DNA of 63,603 nt, filler included, from Choristocarpus tenellus KU-1152 (lineage: Eukaryota; Protista; Phaeophyceae), in assembly GCA_964200185.2 (NCBI GenBank). It is 11 parts of 11 records of this genome, joined end to end, with 100 filler letters (N's around TTAATTAATTAA, not from the genome) between each part and the next. Parts side by side here need not be neighbours in the genome. Positions count along the whole stretch, not along the records: positions 61,098 to 63,603 come from CAXNAD020027240.1; 10 more parts are not named here. One strand, written 5' to 3'. The stretch's first letter is position 1, and each line of letters opens with the position of its first letter. The position numbers and the translations under genes were made by a program. Positions 61,167-63,603 of this stretch are shown here, in pieces. A model generated the notes under the pieces. It did no database searches and was not told where the DNA came from. It was given only the letters and a program-made list of their open reading frames with translations.

Positions 61167-63603
61167 AGCTGGTTGTGCATCGTTAAAATCATTAATCAAG
61201 TGAAATTCAACATGTGGCATGAGTATATAGCTATATGGATTGATGGACACCAATGATTCAGTCAATGTATGTATAGCAATAATTTACTAGGAAGGTCCAA
61301 AGAGTGAATCAGCCAAAAGGAAGAGGAGTAGTGGGTGGGCGTGTGAGAGAGAGAGCAACATACTGACTCAGAGTAAGCGAATTAGAGGCATTAAACAATG
61401 GACTCATCTGACCACCTCCATCAAGAGAGGTGAGTGGAGGGAAGATGGGTGGGTGCTTGGAAGACTCTAAGTAGGTACTGAACCCTATATGGTGGATATT
61501 GATGCTTAACAAAAATGAAAATATAATGTAATCAGGAGTATGTTGTGAAGAATTTTCTTATGTGTACATGTGTTTGTGTTGGTTTAACGGCCACCACATT
61601 CTGCTGATGCTGTTATAGGCTCCTTCACCTTAGATCCTCATGTGCAGAGCAACCAGTTTATTCGATGTCACAGGGAGGTCAAGACCAGACCATGAATGAA
61701 TGCACTGAGCTTTGCAGCACTTCCTTTCTAATATAATATCGTGCAGTTACCAATGGCTCATCAAGTCGATCCTCGTCGCATCTTTAGCTCCATAAAATAT
61801 TATCGTATTAGAAAGAGTGCCCTGGAACGATTCACCCAGGAAATACGCCATTTTTTTATCTTGGGGTCGGAGCAGTCCGTAGTCACTACAGTTGGTCAAG
61901 CTATCAACTTCTGTGAATGTGCATTGGTACGCCATGCACTGAAAAAGCGAAATTATAAATTAAATGTACACCTTGTCCCCCACCCTGACTTTCCTCGTCG
62001 CCATTATCTCCCCACGGAAGTTGCCTCCTTGCCATTAGGTAGGGGTGAGATTGATTAGATGGCGACCAAGGTTGTAATCGAGTGACTATTATTATGGAGC
62101 GAAGGGGAGTATTTAATTCGGTCAAGGAATGGCATTTTGGCTTTTTCAGGAGGAACCGATCCCTTTCGATGTTTTGTAACAGTAGTAAGGGCCCGGATAT
62201 GACACAGTGGTGCCAGAACGGATTTACCGCCATATTGGGGTCACACCTTAGACTGATATAAGATGGTAACCCCCTTGCATCTACAACTGTGCCGTCTGAA
62301 ATTTTGCGTATGTGTCAGGGGAAAAAGAGAACTTCGTCACAATTCCTGTAAATATACCAGCTGTCGTCCATGCAAATGATACCTCTCTTAAAGCTATTTT
62401 CCATTTGAAAACTTGCAATTACAATATTGCCTCCTTGCTACATACATATTATTATGCCCTCTGACATTTCCCAGGTGTATGAAGGAAACATTTGTTCAGG
62501 ATTTTTATTTGTTCAGTATCCTGCATAATAAGGTGATACCACCTTACAAGATACCCGATGCAAGGCGGGAACTGCCCTGTATACAGGTTGCACGCCATTG
62601 GTGTATCCATAAAATACGTGTACTTTGTATGCACTTCCTAGTTTGTAATGCTATAACTGTACACTACTGTACATTATTAGGGTACATAGGCCCCAATAAT
62701 TTCGTTCTAAGTCTTGCACTTGTAAGGGGATGCTCAAGTTCACAGAAAGGAAAGGAGGGGAAGTAGGCCATACGTACACACCCTGGTGGCACCCAGTAAG
62801 AAACAAGAGAACAGAGGATTGTAGTAGTACTGTACATAGCACTGTAGAGAGATACCAGAAAAAAAATATTCGAGGAAAGAAAAAGCCGCCAAGAAAAACT
62901 CATGGAGCAAAACAGAAAACGGTGCAAGAAGCACTGTGTATTGTACCCAGCAATCCGAAAGGCAAACTGCAACAAATCAAACTGATGATTGCAAAACCTT
63001 GTCTTGAGCAACCTGATAGGGGGTCGTCCCCTAAGAAAAAATTAGAGGACACCTTCAACACCACAAATATGTTCAAATAGGAGTACGGTTGGTGCTTATG
63101 CTAGGATCATGCCACCTGGACCGACTAATGTGTAAGGTCCGGTCCGCCATGGTGGGGTGTGTGATGCAGGGGTAAGTGTGCTGTGCCATGTCACAATTAG
63201 TAGGGTTTCCGCAACATGTGGAGATTTTTTTTCTACTCAACTTACATAAGCATTCATTCCATAGGTGCTGTATCGCCTCATTGAGGGTCCGTACCAATAT
63301 AAAGGGGTGACCGTTCGTTGTACAGCAGACTGCAGTCATGCCAAGAGATTTTGCCCCCCTTACAATGGGCCCGGCTAATATCCTCCCACCCTACATTGGG
63401 GTCCCCAGTACATAGGGACCCTAAATAACATCCATCTTCGTCCTGATAAGCATGGTTGTTCTTGGGTAGTATTTTATCCTTCGAAGAATGCATGATATAT
63501 ATATATATATTTCTATATTTCTATCTATAAATCGTATGATTCTGTGACGGCATGGTTGGTTCAGGTAAGAACAGTGGATTTTAAAAATTGAGGATGGAGC
63601 GTA

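Noticed and set aside
61700-63493. Several 60-120-aa ORFs in the last contig
   Set aside because: No domain or exon chain recognised.
1-63603. A multi-gene system or cluster spanning the window
   Set aside because: The window is 11 concatenated contigs, so adjacency across spacers is not evidence, and the genes are functionally unrelated.

Overview
This window is eukaryotic nuclear DNA, not a prokaryotic locus. It consists of 11 contigs joined by ten artificial 100-nt spacers (44 N + TTAATTAATTAA + 44 N), so neighbourhood across spacers means nothing. GT-AG introns, an ATA-FLP bipartite plastid signal, a ciliary gene (TMEM138) and TTAGGG-type repeats suggest a photosynthetic, flagellated stramenopile, most likely a brown alga or close relative (inference). 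Genes reconstructed by hand: an R3HCC1-like protein (partial), mitochondrial-type ClpX (partial), an 8-Cys putative thylakoid-lumen protein, PRCC, TMEM138 (partial), a VPS9 + RCC1-repeat protein, a DUF6492-like glycosyltransferase-fold protein, a plastid SAM-methyltransferase-like protein and a MECR/ETR1 homologue that appears to lack its catalytic Tyr. The remainder is mostly repeats: a dense MITE group with 3-bp target-site duplications, decayed Ty3/Gypsy, LINE and CRE-like retroelements, and satellites. The most unusual item is a ~456-bp, stop-free, intron-less fragment resembling a Rickettsiales-type F-conjugation traG gene (50386-50841), lying on a contig with ordinary intron-containing algal genes. 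It is a candidate recent endosymbiont-to-host transfer, or else an assembly chimera. All family assignments come from motif recognition; no database search was run.
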